Below the pieces are notes generated by a model, which saw nothing but the letters and a program-made list of their open reading frames with translations, had not been told where the DNA came from and did not search any database. Made by a program: the position numbers and the translations under genes. A stretch of DNA of 63,995 nt, the filler included, from Octopus bimaculoides (lineage: Eukaryota), in the NCBI RefSeq assembly GCF_001194135.2. It is 6 parts of 4 records of this genome, joined end to end, with 100 filler letters (N's around TTAATTAATTAA, not from the genome) between each part and the next. Parts side by side here need not be neighbours in the genome. Positions count along the whole stretch, not along the records: positions 16,246 to 41,206 come from NC_069005.1; positions 41,307 to 55,608 come from NC_068991.1; 4 more parts are not named here. The stretch is one strand, 5' to 3'. Positions 40,530-53,164 of this stretch are shown here, in pieces. The stretch's first letter is position 1, and every line of letters starts with the position of its first letter.

Positions 40530-40956
40530 ATAATTTTCATTTTTATCGCTGGCATTGTCGTAACCCTCATCACCATCACCACCATCATCATCATCATCAT
40601 CATCATTATTGTCGTCATCATCATCACCACCACGACGACCACTACTGTCATCACCATCATCATCATCGTCGTCGACAGTATCGGCGTCATCGTCTTGATC
40701 AATACCGCCCACACACTCATTACTGCCATCATCATCATCATCGTCATTATTATTATTATTATTATCATCATCATCATCATCATCATCGTCAGCAGCAGCA
40801 GCAGCAGCAGCACTGCCGTCACCACTGCCACCACCGCTACTACCACCACCACCACAACAACAACAAGCATCACCGCCATCGTCATCATCATCATCACCGT
40901 CATTGCCAACATCATCATCAGCATCATCATCAGCGCCATTTTCATCACAATCATCG

Positions 40957-40990
<34 letters not shown>

Positions 40991-41106
40991 GCCCATCACC
41001 ATTATTCCAGCCACCACCACCTTCATCACCACCTCATCATCATCATCATCATCATCATTGAATATTATTCTGTCTGCTGCACGCAATCTCAAAATACAAA
41101 ACTCAA

Positions 41107-41163
<57 letters not shown>

Positions 41164-41206
41164 TGCATACACACGCACACTCACACGCGCTAACACACAC
41201 ACACGG
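40530..41206. repeat. Compound (CAT/CAC/CAG)n tract followed by (CA)n
   Basis: Read directly from the sequence. Confidence 0.9.
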
Positions 41207-41306
41207 NNNNNNNNNNNNNNNNNNNNNNNNNNNNNNNNNNNNNNNNNNNNTTAATTAATTAANNNNNNNNNNNNNNNNNNNNNNNNNNNNNNNNNNNNNN
41301 NNNNNN
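41207..41306. other. Artificial scaffold-joining spacer
   Basis: 44 N + TTAATTAATTAA (41251-41262) + 44 N. Confidence 0.95.
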
Positions 41307-41377
<71 letters not shown>

Positions 41378-41970
41378 GCCTCTGGCAAATAGGATGCGTA
41401 GCCCGAGAGCGAAACCGAGGTTACAGCATTCACCAAACAAACATCTCACCATCTTCACAAAACCATTCGATTCAACCAGCTAACTTTCAAGATCAAGCAC
41501 TAACACACTCCAACAAACCAATCAGATCGACTAATAGTCCTCTCCTACACTCCAAAACAAAAGAAAACTATTATTTACAGGGACATTAAATATCTGCAAA
41601 TTTTTTTTTATCACGGTCTGACGAATCGTAAAAATAAAAGTGACAACAATCGGCCTTAATTGAACTTTTCAGTATCTGAACTCAATACTTTATTGCACTC
41701 TCTATATCGAGTTATCTGATTTTCGTGGGAAGAACCATTTTAACGATGCGTACTGCCTTAATTCTTCGAAACGCCGGAGTTTTAATGGTGGCAGCTGATG
41801 AAGGGGATGTTTCAATGTGGCCTGCTTGTTTGTTGCACCTTGTTTACCATTTTTGTCCTTGTTCCTTTGCCACGTCATGTACCCAGTTATGTATCTATAT
41901 GTACATGTGGATGAACGTATATACATACATGTACATATATGTGCATATNNNNNNNNNNNNNNNNNNNNNN

Positions 41971-42355
41971 CATTTGACTGCGGCCATACTGGAACACCGC
42001 CTTTTGTCGGGCAAATCGACCCCAGGACTTATTCTTTGTAAGAATAGTACTTATTCTATCGGTCTCTTTTACCGAACCGCTAAGTTACGGGGATGTAAAC
42101 ACACCAGCATCTGTTGTCAAGCGATGTTGGGGGGACAAACACAGACACACAGACATACACACACACAAATATATATATATATACATATATACGACGGGCT
42201 TTTTTCAGTTTCCGTGTACCAAATCCACTCACAAGGCTTTGGTCGGCCCGAGGCTATAGTAGAAGACACTTGCCCAAGGTGCCACGCAGTAGGACTGAAC
42301 TCGGAACCATGTGGTTGGTAAGCAAGCTACTTACCACACAGCCACTCCTACGCCT
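41971..42355 (-). mobile_element. SINE family A, near full length
   Basis: Reverse complement of 9468-9862. Confidence 0.85.
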
Positions 42356-43496
42356 ACATAAAAATATATTTTATTCAGTTATTTGTCGATGAAATATAAT
42401 CAAAATGTAGAATTTAGTTGAAAGAAGTAATCTATACAAGAAAGTCCAGTGATAAGAAATGTAGAAATAACAGCTAAGTGGTGGTTTTCAGTCATGTGGC
42501 ATAGAGAAATAGACAGGTATAGCAATGACGTGAATGCCTCAGAGTCTAGCCGACTAAGAAGAAAGGAGCAGGGCAAGCAAGCTGTTTTTATTAATGGAAC
42601 GCTAGACATTCTAGAAACTTCCTAGAGAAACGCGAAGCTTCTTGAATAATTAAGAATTACTTCTCATGACGTAGATGTTTCGAGAAGCTTATTAAAGGGA
42701 GATTACTTTATAATACTTTCTGCAAGATATATCATTCAACTATTTTAGCTACGAACCACAAACTACTACACACACCCTTGGCAGAATTAACGTTACGCAA
42801 TAATGAAAATAGCAAATGTATCCATCATAAAATGTCAAATTATAGAAACAATATCACAGTTCAAATGTAATAAATGTTTGTTAAATTTTGGGGCCAATAC
42901 ACATGTCTACCGCTTTTGGTAGTCTGAGTTTGTGAAGTTGTGTGTAAGGGATGCGTTTGTAATGCTTTCTGTGTGTTGTCTGTAGTGGGGTTGGAAATAG
43001 TGGTGGTGGTGGTTGTGGTGGTGATGGTGGTGGTGGTGGTCTGGTGGTGGTGGAGAAATGGGAGGAGGAGGAATGAGAGGAGGAGGAATGAGAGGAGGAG
43101 GAATTGGAGGAGGAGGAATGAGAGGAGGACCGGGCGGAGCGTTGTATTCTTGAACAAGGACTGGTGACCCGTTGGGAGTGGGAAATGTTTTGTAATCGCG
43201 TCATTCATACTCTATGGAGACCGGGTTAAACACCTTAGTCCTAGGGTTCATGACGGACCTGGGTCATGCAATGGAGGTTGAAGTGCACCAAATTTGTCAT
43301 TTGAATGACCAATTTTAGATACTATTCCATTTTACTCACAAGGTATTGGAATCTTATATGTACACCATTCTGCCTAAATAATGGATCTACAGATACAATA
43401 TCCCTGCATATCTCACGTCTATTTTCATTCCTCCACTTCACTCTCTATTTCGTATCTTATCTAGAATAACTATTGCTTAACCATTTTCTCACATAA

Positions 43497-43544
43497 TCTC
43501 CGATGAAGGGATATATAAAATATCCCGGAAACAGCTGTAAGACC
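43497..43544 (+). ncRNA. Degenerate hammerhead motif; sister copy at 59414-59462 (-)
   Basis: TCT-CCGATGA-A-GGGATAT ataaa ATATCCC-G-GAA-AC AGCT GT-A-AGA. The ~120-bp flanks are homologous to about 59395-59520. Confidence 0.55.
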
Positions 43545-43612
43545 TATTTATAAATGTTCTAAAATCTTTCTCAACCTTGGATTTTTATCTCATTCTGAAA
43601 AGTTGATATGTT

Positions 43613-43648
<36 letters not shown>

Positions 43649-43717
43649 CATATGGTATAATTATAAACAAGACAAATTATAACCTTTTCTCCGTAGACTG
43701 AAAAAAAATGATGAACA

Positions 43718-43760
43718 ACCTTAATCGATTTTCGAACCTTATTGGTTTCTCATCAGAGGC
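43718..43760 (-). ncRNA. Minimal type I hammerhead ribozyme motif, intact core (Penelope-like terminus)
   Basis: Minus strand: GCCT-CTGATGA-GAAACC aataa GGTTC-GAA-AA TCGA TT-A-AGGT, giving stems I, II and III with a palindromic loop. Confidence 0.75.
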
Positions 43761-43979
43761 ATCCACAACATTCTGACAAGCTCCCAAAAAGTAAGTAGCA
43801 AAATTGTTTATATACTCAACAAATGCAGCAGTTACTCTATGAAGGAGTCGCTAATTTGCATATCGAAAGTGTTTAATACTCTATAAATACCAGCGGCCTG
43901 TCAACGATCTTAATCCGCACAGTATCAAGGTATGATATAATAAATATGTAACATATGGTATATATATAAAGAATAATAA

Positions 43980-44294
43980 GTTTTGAATGGTACAACAATT
44001 CACTATAATACAAAAAATGGACTATATACCTGTTGTAATTTAGTTATCCGTAGTTCGATGATATTTTCGGAATACAATTCCTTCTTCAGATATTCTTAGA
44101 TGGAGTCGCTGCTATAATCGGTTTTCCAACGGCTTTTCTTTTTTCGGAAGCTTCCAACTATAGCAGAGACTCCATCTAAGAATATCTGAAGAAGGAATTT
44201 TATTCCGAAATATCATCGGACTATGGATAACTAAATTACAACAGGTATATAGTCCATTTTTTGTATTATAGTGCATTGTTGTACCATTCAAAAC
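43980..44294. repeat. Foldback inverted repeat, ~136-bp arms with 42-bp loop
   Basis: 43980-44116 versus 44159-44294; about six differences. Confidence 0.95.
44184..44220 (+). ncRNA. Minimal hammerhead motif (mirror copy on the minus strand at 44055-44091)
   Basis: AT-CTGAAGA-A-GGAAT ttt ATTCC-GAA-ATAT-C-ATCGGA; intact core and stem II, weak stem I. Confidence 0.55.
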
Positions 44295-44454
44295 ATTTTA
44301 TTCTTTACAAACAATACACAATGCTTCAAGCGAACTACAATACTNNNNNNNNNNNNNNNNNNNNNNNNNNNNNNNNNNNNNNNNNNNNNNNNNNNNNNNN
44401 NNNNNNNNNNNNNNNNNNNNNNNNNNNNNNNNNNNNNNNNNNNNNNNNNNNNNN

Positions 44455-44499
<45 letters not shown>

Positions 44500-46912
44500 G
44501 TATGTATGTATATGCGTTCTCGAGAATAAGATAATGATGCCAGTAGTTCAAGCTATGTCTGTGCGTGATGCTTTTTAAAGTGAGGAGAGGCCTTGCACAC
44601 AACCAATCCTGTTCTCTGAAGGACGATGGCAGACTATGTACGAAAGAAGATCTAGTCAACATCACTGGCTGTCGTTGTGTCGCAGAATTTTATATCCGGG
44701 TTTTTCCTCCCCTAGAGTCATGTTCTAACAAGGATTAGCGGTTGCTCACTCCCAGTAATGTGGCACACCATGCCTACATTCTCATTTTCATGGTTATCTG
44801 CAGACTGACCCTTTTATGTTGAAAACGTTTCAATCCCCTGCACAGCCACGGTAATTTCTGCACCAAAGTCACCGGTTTGTTGGTGAATGCTACAGGAACT
44901 ACCGCTGTCCATGAGAAATAGCTGGACCAAGACTGTGCACACAGTATTGCATGGCCGTCGACTTTTACGATTTCTGCCACCATAGATACGCTTCATTTTT
45001 CGTCCTGTAGGTTGTCCACTCACCCTCCTCACTAAGCAGGCTTAGTGGGGTTTTCATTTTACATACACACATACATAGATGCATGCATACGTACATATAT
45101 ATATATGAATTTTTTTTTCTTATCTTTTTAACTGTATTGTACTTCTTGATGTGATGTCTTTTCCCCTTCAGCGACCATCTTAAGGTTGTAAATTCCAATT
45201 TGGTAAAACCATGTTTTCTAAGTAAATATATCAGGCAACCTTCGTTTGCAATAACAAAAAAAAAACTTGGAATCTTCGCCAAACTATATTCTTCTCGCAC
45301 TAAAAAAATAAATAAATAACAAATGGTATACACCAAAAACGGATCCATTCACACTAATTGGGCAAAAACAAAACAAATCTAATAATGTTATGAAGCATCA
45401 TAAATGAAGAAGTAAGTTGTAAGGGAGTAGTCTTCATGAACCGGTTTCGATTCCCCATTAAAAAGCAATTCAATTCACTTACGCAGTTAATGTTCTTGAG
45501 AAAGGCATGAACATCAAACAATCATATTCTCCTCCCTCCAATAAAGTTCTTGTCCTGTGTGTTAGAAAAAAAATCAATATTTTAAACGAAACATAATCCA
45601 TATAAAAAGGATATTTAGAAGAAAAAACTAAAATAGCGATATACCCAGTCTTTGAGGAAGAAGCAATATAGGTATGAATATCTTGTGGCGAATCGCCATA
45701 TCCTATGAACAGTTGATTTAATGGATATAAAATACAGGGAGATAATGTTGATTTTACATATGTGAACTAGTTTATAAAGATGTTCTCAGAAAGACACAGT
45801 ATGTAGTCTATTTTGTAAATGGCTTTTTAATAGGCAAATATGTTTTAATGCTATAACTCACACTTCGCTATTATATGTCGTTATATATATGTACACAGAT
45901 GTGAGTATATGTATGTCTGTTAGTGTGTATGCGTATGCGAATGTGCGAGCTTGTCAATGTATATGTACACATACATATACGTGTGTACATGTGTGAATAT
46001 ATATATATATATATATATATATANNNNNNNNNNNNNNNNNNNNNNNNNNNNNNNNNNNNNNNNNNNNNNNNNNNNNNNNNNNNNNNNNNNNNNNNNNNNT
46101 ATATTATACATATGTATATATACATATATATATTGTACATATGTATAACGTCTTTATGTTTTTTAAACTAAATATATACATTTATAGTCATTAATATATG
46201 TTTAACATAAACGATTACATACATGTGTGCATGTGTGTGTACGAATGTATATATATCCATACATACGTACATACAAGCATATCCATTCATAAATATGTTA
46301 ATTTATATATCTATACATCCATACTACACATGCACACACAAACGTACATATATATATACACAAATGCATACATACTTTTACACACATACGCAAATCTCTT
46401 AATCTATAGATACATGCGTAAGCTTATGTGAAGAAATCTGCACACGTTCATACACATAACTAAGAAAACACATAATGATGAAAACAGACCAGAAAAAATA
46501 TGCGAATAAAAATAACTTATATACCAACATGACTACATGCATATATTCATGTGTACATAACTAGATGGTTGTACAGATACATGTATACATACATATTTGT
46601 GTGTAAATATGTATGTGCGTGTGTGTATTTTATCATATTATATTATATTATATTTATAAATGCATAAATATATAAATATACACCAACAAGAATATATTCA
46701 AGTTTACGTAACAACGTAAATGTACAGATACATTTATGTACACATACTCACGTCTGCATGTACATACTTGTACATATATGTGAATATATAGATGTATATA
46801 TATTCAGGTTTACATATCTATGTACATGCTTACCCACACATATGCACTCATCCATACGTTTATGGATGTATGGATGCATATGTGTGTATGTGGGGGGAGT
46901 GCGTGTATGCAC

Positions 46913-46960
<48 letters not shown>

Positions 46961-48174
46961 NNNNNNNNNNNNNNNNNNNNNNNNNNNNNNNNNNNNNNNN
47001 NNNNNNNNNNNNNNNNNNNNNNNNNNNNNNNNNNNNNNNNNNNNNNNNNNNNNNNNNNNNNNNNNNNNNNNNNNNNNNNNNNNNNNNNNNNNNNNNNNNN
47101 NNNNNNNNNNNNNNNNNNNNNNNNNNNNNNNNNNNNNNNNNNNNNNNNNNNNNNNNNNNNNNNNNNNNNNNNNNNNNNNNNNNNNNNNNNNNNNNNNNNN
47201 NNNNNNNNNNNNNNNNNNNNNNNNNNNNNNNNNNNNNNNNNNNNNNNNNNNNNNNNNNNNNNNNNNNNNNNNNNNNNNNNNNNNNNNNNNNNNNNNNNNN
47301 NNNNNNNNNNNNNNNNNNNNNNNNNNNNNNNNNNNNNNNNNNNNNNNNNNNNNNNNNNNNNNNNNNNNNNNNNNNNNNNNNNNNNNNNNNNNNNNNNNNN
47401 NNNNNNNNNNNNNNNNNNNNNNNNNNNNNNNNNNNNNNNNNNNNNNNNNNNNNNNNNNNNNNNNNNNNNNNNNNNNNNNNNNNNNNNNNNNNNNNNNNNN
47501 NNNNNNNNNNNNNNNNNNNNNNNNNNNNNNNNNNNNNNNNNNNNNNNNNNNNNNNNNNNNNNNNNNNNNNNNNNNNNNNNNNNNNNNNNNNNNNNNNNNN
47601 NNNNNNNNNNNNNNNNNNNNNNNNNNNNNNNNNNNNNNNNNNNNNNNNNNNNNNNNNNNNNNNNNNNNNNNNNNNNNNNNNNNNNNNNNNNNNNNNNNNN
47701 NNNNNNNNNNNNNNNNNNNNNNNNNNNNNNNNNNNNNNNNNNNNNNNNNNNNNNNNNNNNNNNNNNNNNNNNNNNNNNNNNNNNNNNNNNNNNNNNNNNN
47801 NNNNNNNNNNNNNNNTATATATATATATATTTATATATATATATGTATGTATATACACGCATGCTTACATACATAATGCATACACAGATGTACATACACA
47901 TGCACGCATACCTACATAAATACATGCATACAAACAAACATACATACGTTTACATGTCCCTTTGTCGCACACTTGTAAATGATGGTAACAGAGAGAACAA
48001 CAACCTAGTGAACTCCTTGGGATATACGCACTTCTGGATTACCTCCCATGCAAGCCCTTAATTATTGGACCAGCGTACCTCAACGATGAACTAAGTACCA
48101 CAAAAAGGTTATGAATGGGTACATTTGACAAACCTGCGTGGGACAGCCAATTTGGCTCCAGATCGAGCAATTAT

Positions 48175-48565
48175 TGCTTTCAAATTCTGACACAAGGCCA
48201 GCAAGTTCGGGGTGGTTGGGTTAATCGACTACATCGACCCCAGTTTTCAGCTAATACTTATTTTATCGACCCTGAAAAGATGAAAGGTAAAATCGGCTCT
48301 CGAGAAAATTTGAACTCAGGATGTGAAGATGGACGAAATGCCAGCATGCTAATAATTCTGCCAGTTCTCCTCCTTATTTCGATCGAGTAATTTTTGGTTT
48401 CAAATTTTGGCACAAGGCTAACAATTTTGGAGAAAGGGCTAAGTTGATTACATTAACACCAGTATTTAATCGATACTTATTTTATCGACCCTTTCTGAGT
48501 TCAAATTTGGCCTCGGCAGAATTTGAACGCAAAACGTAAAGACGAACAAAATACCGCTAAGCAGC
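48175..48565 (-). mobile_element. Two tandem SINE B copies
   Basis: Both begin ttcaaatt(c/t)tg(a/g)cacaagg and end in the head region. Confidence 0.75.
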
Positions 48566-51500
48566 GGCTTCTACAATATATCTACGTTAAGTAAGGTTTA
48601 CAGTATGCTATTTTGAACTAATACTATTTCTGTCATCAATACCGAATTTTTACACATCCTGTCAGCTATTTGAGACACCAGTGATTTGCTAATCAATGTT
48701 TTCAATATCGTACAAACTAAATTTGTCTTAGCATACAGTTGCTAATGGATACTTGCCACTGAAAACGGTCAAGAAAGCAGAAATCGAAATTCCACCGCCG
48801 CTGCTGCACGCCTTTTTCTGTTATCGATATGCTTTTATACTTTTTAACGCTATACATCTACGCGAGATGTTTTCTCGAGCAAATACTGCAGGTCGGTAGC
48901 TTTCTCCAATATATCCACGTTAAGTAAAATATACAGAACGCTTTTTTGACCTAGTACTGCTTCCGTCGTTGATACCAAATCTTTACAAGCAGAGCATGTT
49001 TCCAATAATATTGGTAATCACAGCAGACCAAATTTATAAACTATGACATATCTTTCCTCCTGTGACTAATTAACAAATCACATTTTCAGAAAAACATCAC
49101 TATCGGCTGTGGTATTCGATGCTAAACTATAGAATTCTTCAAAAGAAAACTTAAGGAAAAATATCTCTGAAGTGCCGGAAGCTGTTAGAATAATGTATGC
49201 CAGAATGTGTGTTTGTGTGTGTGTGTGTGTGTGAACGTATATTTTCTGCTGCTGGTTGTATTTCATATCTTATTCACAGTGTTTGATATCTTCACTCCAC
49301 CCCGCCCCGTCATCCACCTCACCGATTCCGAAGCAAATTGATTATGTAAGAAATTAAAAATTTCTCATATAAAAATCTTCGTGATGTGAACAAAGAAAAT
49401 CAGAAGTAGACATGAGTAAGGAGAAGATTCCACGCGTTGCGGGGGTGGGGAAGAGATGTCTTAAGAAGTAAGGCCTTAGTGGTNNNNNNNNNNNNNNNNN
49501 NNNNNNNNNNNNNNNNNNNNNNNNNNNNNNNNNNNNNNNNNNNNNNNNNNNNNNNNNNNNNNNNNNNNNNNNNNNNNNNNNNNNNNNNNNNNNNNNNNNN
49601 NNNNNNNNNNNNNNNNNNNNNNNNNNNNNNNNNNNNNNNNNNNNNNNNNNNNNNNNNNNNNNNNNNNNNNNNNNNNNNNNNNNNNNNNNNNNNNNNNNNN
49701 NNNNNNNNNNNNNNNNNNNNNNNNNNNNNNNNNNNNNNNNNNNNNNNNNNNNNNNNNNNNNNNNNNNNNNNNNNNNNNNNNNNNNNNNNNNNNNNNNNNN
49801 NNNNNNNNNNNNNNNNNNNNNNNNNNNNNNNNNNNNNNNNNNNNNNNNNNNNNNNNNNNNNNNNNNNNNNNNNNNNNNNNNNNNNNNNNNNNNNNNNNNN
49901 NNNNNNNNNNNNNNNNNNNNNNNNNNNNNNNNNNNNNNNNNNNNNNNNNNNNNNNNNNNNNNNNNNNNNNNNNNNNNNNNNNNNNNNNNNNNNNNNNNNN
50001 NNNNNNNNNNNNNNNNNNNNNNNNNNNNNNNNNNNNNNNNNNNNNNNNNNNNNNNNNNNNNNNNNNNNNNNNNNNNNNNNNNNNNNNNNNNNNNNNNNNN
50101 NNNNNNNNNNNNNNNNNNNNNNNNNNNNNNNNNNNNNNNNNNNNNNNNNNNNNNNNNNNNNNNNNNNNNNNNNNNNNNNNNNNNNNNNNNNNNNNNNNNN
50201 NNNNNNNNNNNNNNNNNNNNNNNNNNNNNNNNNNNNNNNNNNNNNNNNNNNNNNNNNNNNNNNNNNNNNNNNNNNNNNNNNNNNNNNNNNNNNNNNNNNN
50301 NNNNNNNNNNNNNNNNNNNNNNNNNNNNNNNNNNNNNNNNNNNNNNNNNNNNNNNNNNNNNNNNNNNNNNNNNNTAATTCTAAAATTAAAAACTGCACAT
50401 CGATAATAACTGAAGCAGTAAATCTAAATCCTTATTTTGCGAGCAGGGTTCAATCTAAACATTGTACAGGCTAGCAGTAGTAAGTTTGATGACCGTCGTC
50501 CTCTTCTTCGAGATTAATTCTCCTCTATCATCAAAAGTCGTTATACAAAACCTTATCAATATAGTTTTGTTTTATTATGTTTCAGGGATAAGGCGGCGAG
50601 CTGGCAGAAACGTTAGCACGCCGGATTCATTTACGTCGATTGGGACAGTCATATCAAAGAGGAGGCATGATTTTTGTCTGAAGTCTTTCAATATAATGGA
50701 CCTTCCCTCCTGTCCATCCGATGTTTAAAAAATCAAAATACATTTTGATAATCAAATATTATTAGGAATTGTATTAAAAATACAGTTAAAATATTTTGTG
50801 TATGGCATAAGTATTACCAAGTTACTGCAGATTAATTTTAACAGCAAAACCTTATCTGGACCCCGGTTGCGAACCGCTGGTATACACCCTTCCCTGTTCA
50901 AAATTAGTGGCCTTATTCTTTATCAGAAAGTTATGTCGCTCAATGTGTTTTTTTTAAATCCCGTTGAGGTCAACTTTGCCTTTCATACTACCAGGGTCGG
51001 TAAAATAAAGTACTTGTCAAGTACTCTGGGTCGATGTAACTAACTAACCTCTTCTTCTTCTTCCTTCCTCTCCTCCTTCTTCCCCTCCACCTCCTTCCCC
51101 TCCTCCTTCCCCACCCCCTGCTCCTAAAACTGCTGGTCTTGTGACAAGATTTGTAGCTGCTACTACTACTATTACTACAGTCAATTCGCCAAATTTCTGA
51201 GTCTGTGAAAGATTCCTGTCAGTAATATCTGTTAATTTCTTCCTGTGTTTTCTTTAACTGTACTAAAGGTGAAAATAAAAGTGGAACCGTAAAGATAATT
51301 TCCTTGTGTCAGAACGTGAAGAAGTAAGAATTGTCCACTGATTCAACCAATCAACTTAGTTTATGGTCTTTGCCAACCTATTTTATGATTCTTAAATCTT
51401 GGTAGTCTAAGAATCGTAAAGTATATATATAAAAAAAAAAAACAGTAATGAAAAAAAAACATCAATCTTATAAATTTGGAATTATTCCAACGATTTCGCT

Positions 51501-52875
51501 ATAGGCATATTTATTGAACACAATTCGACTAACCTAGAATTGTTGTCATTAGTAAAACCAAAGTAAAGACGTCCAAGACTAGTTGGAACCATTTTAATAT
51601 TCGCAGCCACACTCTTAACAAATGATGGATGTCATTCAAAATTTACCGTTATTACTTATTACAATACTACCAGTCGCTGAGAGTATTTAAAATCCATCAT
51701 TTTAGACAGCTGGGTCGTTTAGTAGCAACTAACTCACCGTCGATATTTTCTTAATTTCTCTGATATAGTTTAAAATTTAGCACTAACAATTAAGACTTCC
51801 TGAATTTTGAAATTTACAATCATTTTAAGATTCAGTGACCTCGTTTTGAGCCCCCAGCCGCCATTTACAATTTTCACTCAGCTAATATAACCGACAATTC
51901 GAAAGCACACAACTAAATTCGTCATCTTTCCCAGTTTTATGAGTTATCTCGTGGATTTCGTTATTCCCAAGAGTAAGATATTTTAAGAGGCCTGTGTGGG
52001 CTCTAAAAAATCTACAGCTTATTTTTGTTTTAATCTTTTTTACTGCTGTTCTGGAATGGCAGTTTATTTGAACGAGGTTTAACTCATTTACTTTCTATTC
52101 ATCACGATGACTATAGCTGACCAAGAGGTTCAACGAGAAGGATAACATGGACAGTGGCATTAATTGGAGAGCAAACAGAGAGCGGACAGCTTAAACTGAT
52201 ACGTATAATTTTGTTTTGTATTGTCTTTTCTTGTATGTGTGCATGCGTGTGTGTGTGTGTTGTTTTTTTTCTTACTACGTAACGCAATCTTATATTTTGT
52301 TTTCCTAGCATTGGAAATGTTTTTCTACACTCTAGTTCGAGAGTACACATGGTATATGATAAGATACTTAAACAACGACTGGATTCAATTATAGAGAAAA
52401 GGATAAAAGAAACAGCTTCTAATACTGGGCAACGTAGAATATCCACCTGCCTTTTAGATAGAGGTACTGTTTGTTTTGTTGTTATTATTTTTGGTGCTTA
52501 TATTGTGACAAAGATGTACAAGCACGACACAAAAACAAGAATAAAAAGAATGACAGGAACAATTATAATAATAAGGATGTCGATTGTAAAGCAGGCACAA
52601 GGTTACATATAAGTTATATAGAGATAGGCCTGCTTATATCGACCCCAGTACTTGACTGTTAGTTATTTTATCTACCTTGGGTTAAAAAAAAAAAGAATTA
52701 AGTGGAATTCAGAAAGCAAAGGGAGATAATTACCGTAAGATATTTAGTCTGTCACTATTCTGATGTTGCCAGGCGACAACGCTTCAGCTCTTCTTGGCTG
52801 GTCTTTGCCAAATAAGAAAAGAGAACACAAACACACACACACACACACACACACATACACACACACACACGTACG

Positions 52876-52952
<77 letters not shown>

Positions 52953-52996
52953 NNNNNNNNNNNNNNNNNNNNNNNNNNNNNNNNNNNNNNNNNNNN

Positions 52997-53028
<32 letters not shown>

Positions 53029-53164
53029 TTTGATACTTTGATAGGTTTCGGCCAGTATTGGCCCAGGTCATGTCTAACTTAATAGCACCACATGGTGAAA
53101 TTATTCAAATCATCAATCATTCAAATCATCAATCATTCAAATCATCAATCAGACATGGCCCACT

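Noticed and set aside
44560-45032. FLMDSGSSCSI retropepsin-like motif; region also resembles an RTE-type 5' UTR
   Set aside because: There is no surrounding gag/pol context, and other frames suggest a different origin. It is probably a decayed retroelement 5' region, but I cannot assign the family.
48569-48990. In-frame TGA conserved in both duplicate units (selenocysteine or alternative genetic code idea)
   Set aside because: The same frame also has TAA stops, there is no codon-position bias, and no SECIS-like structure is evident.
50857-50880. hAT-like terminus (CAGCGGTTCGCAACC on the minus strand)
   Set aside because: No partner end, TSD or transposase is visible.
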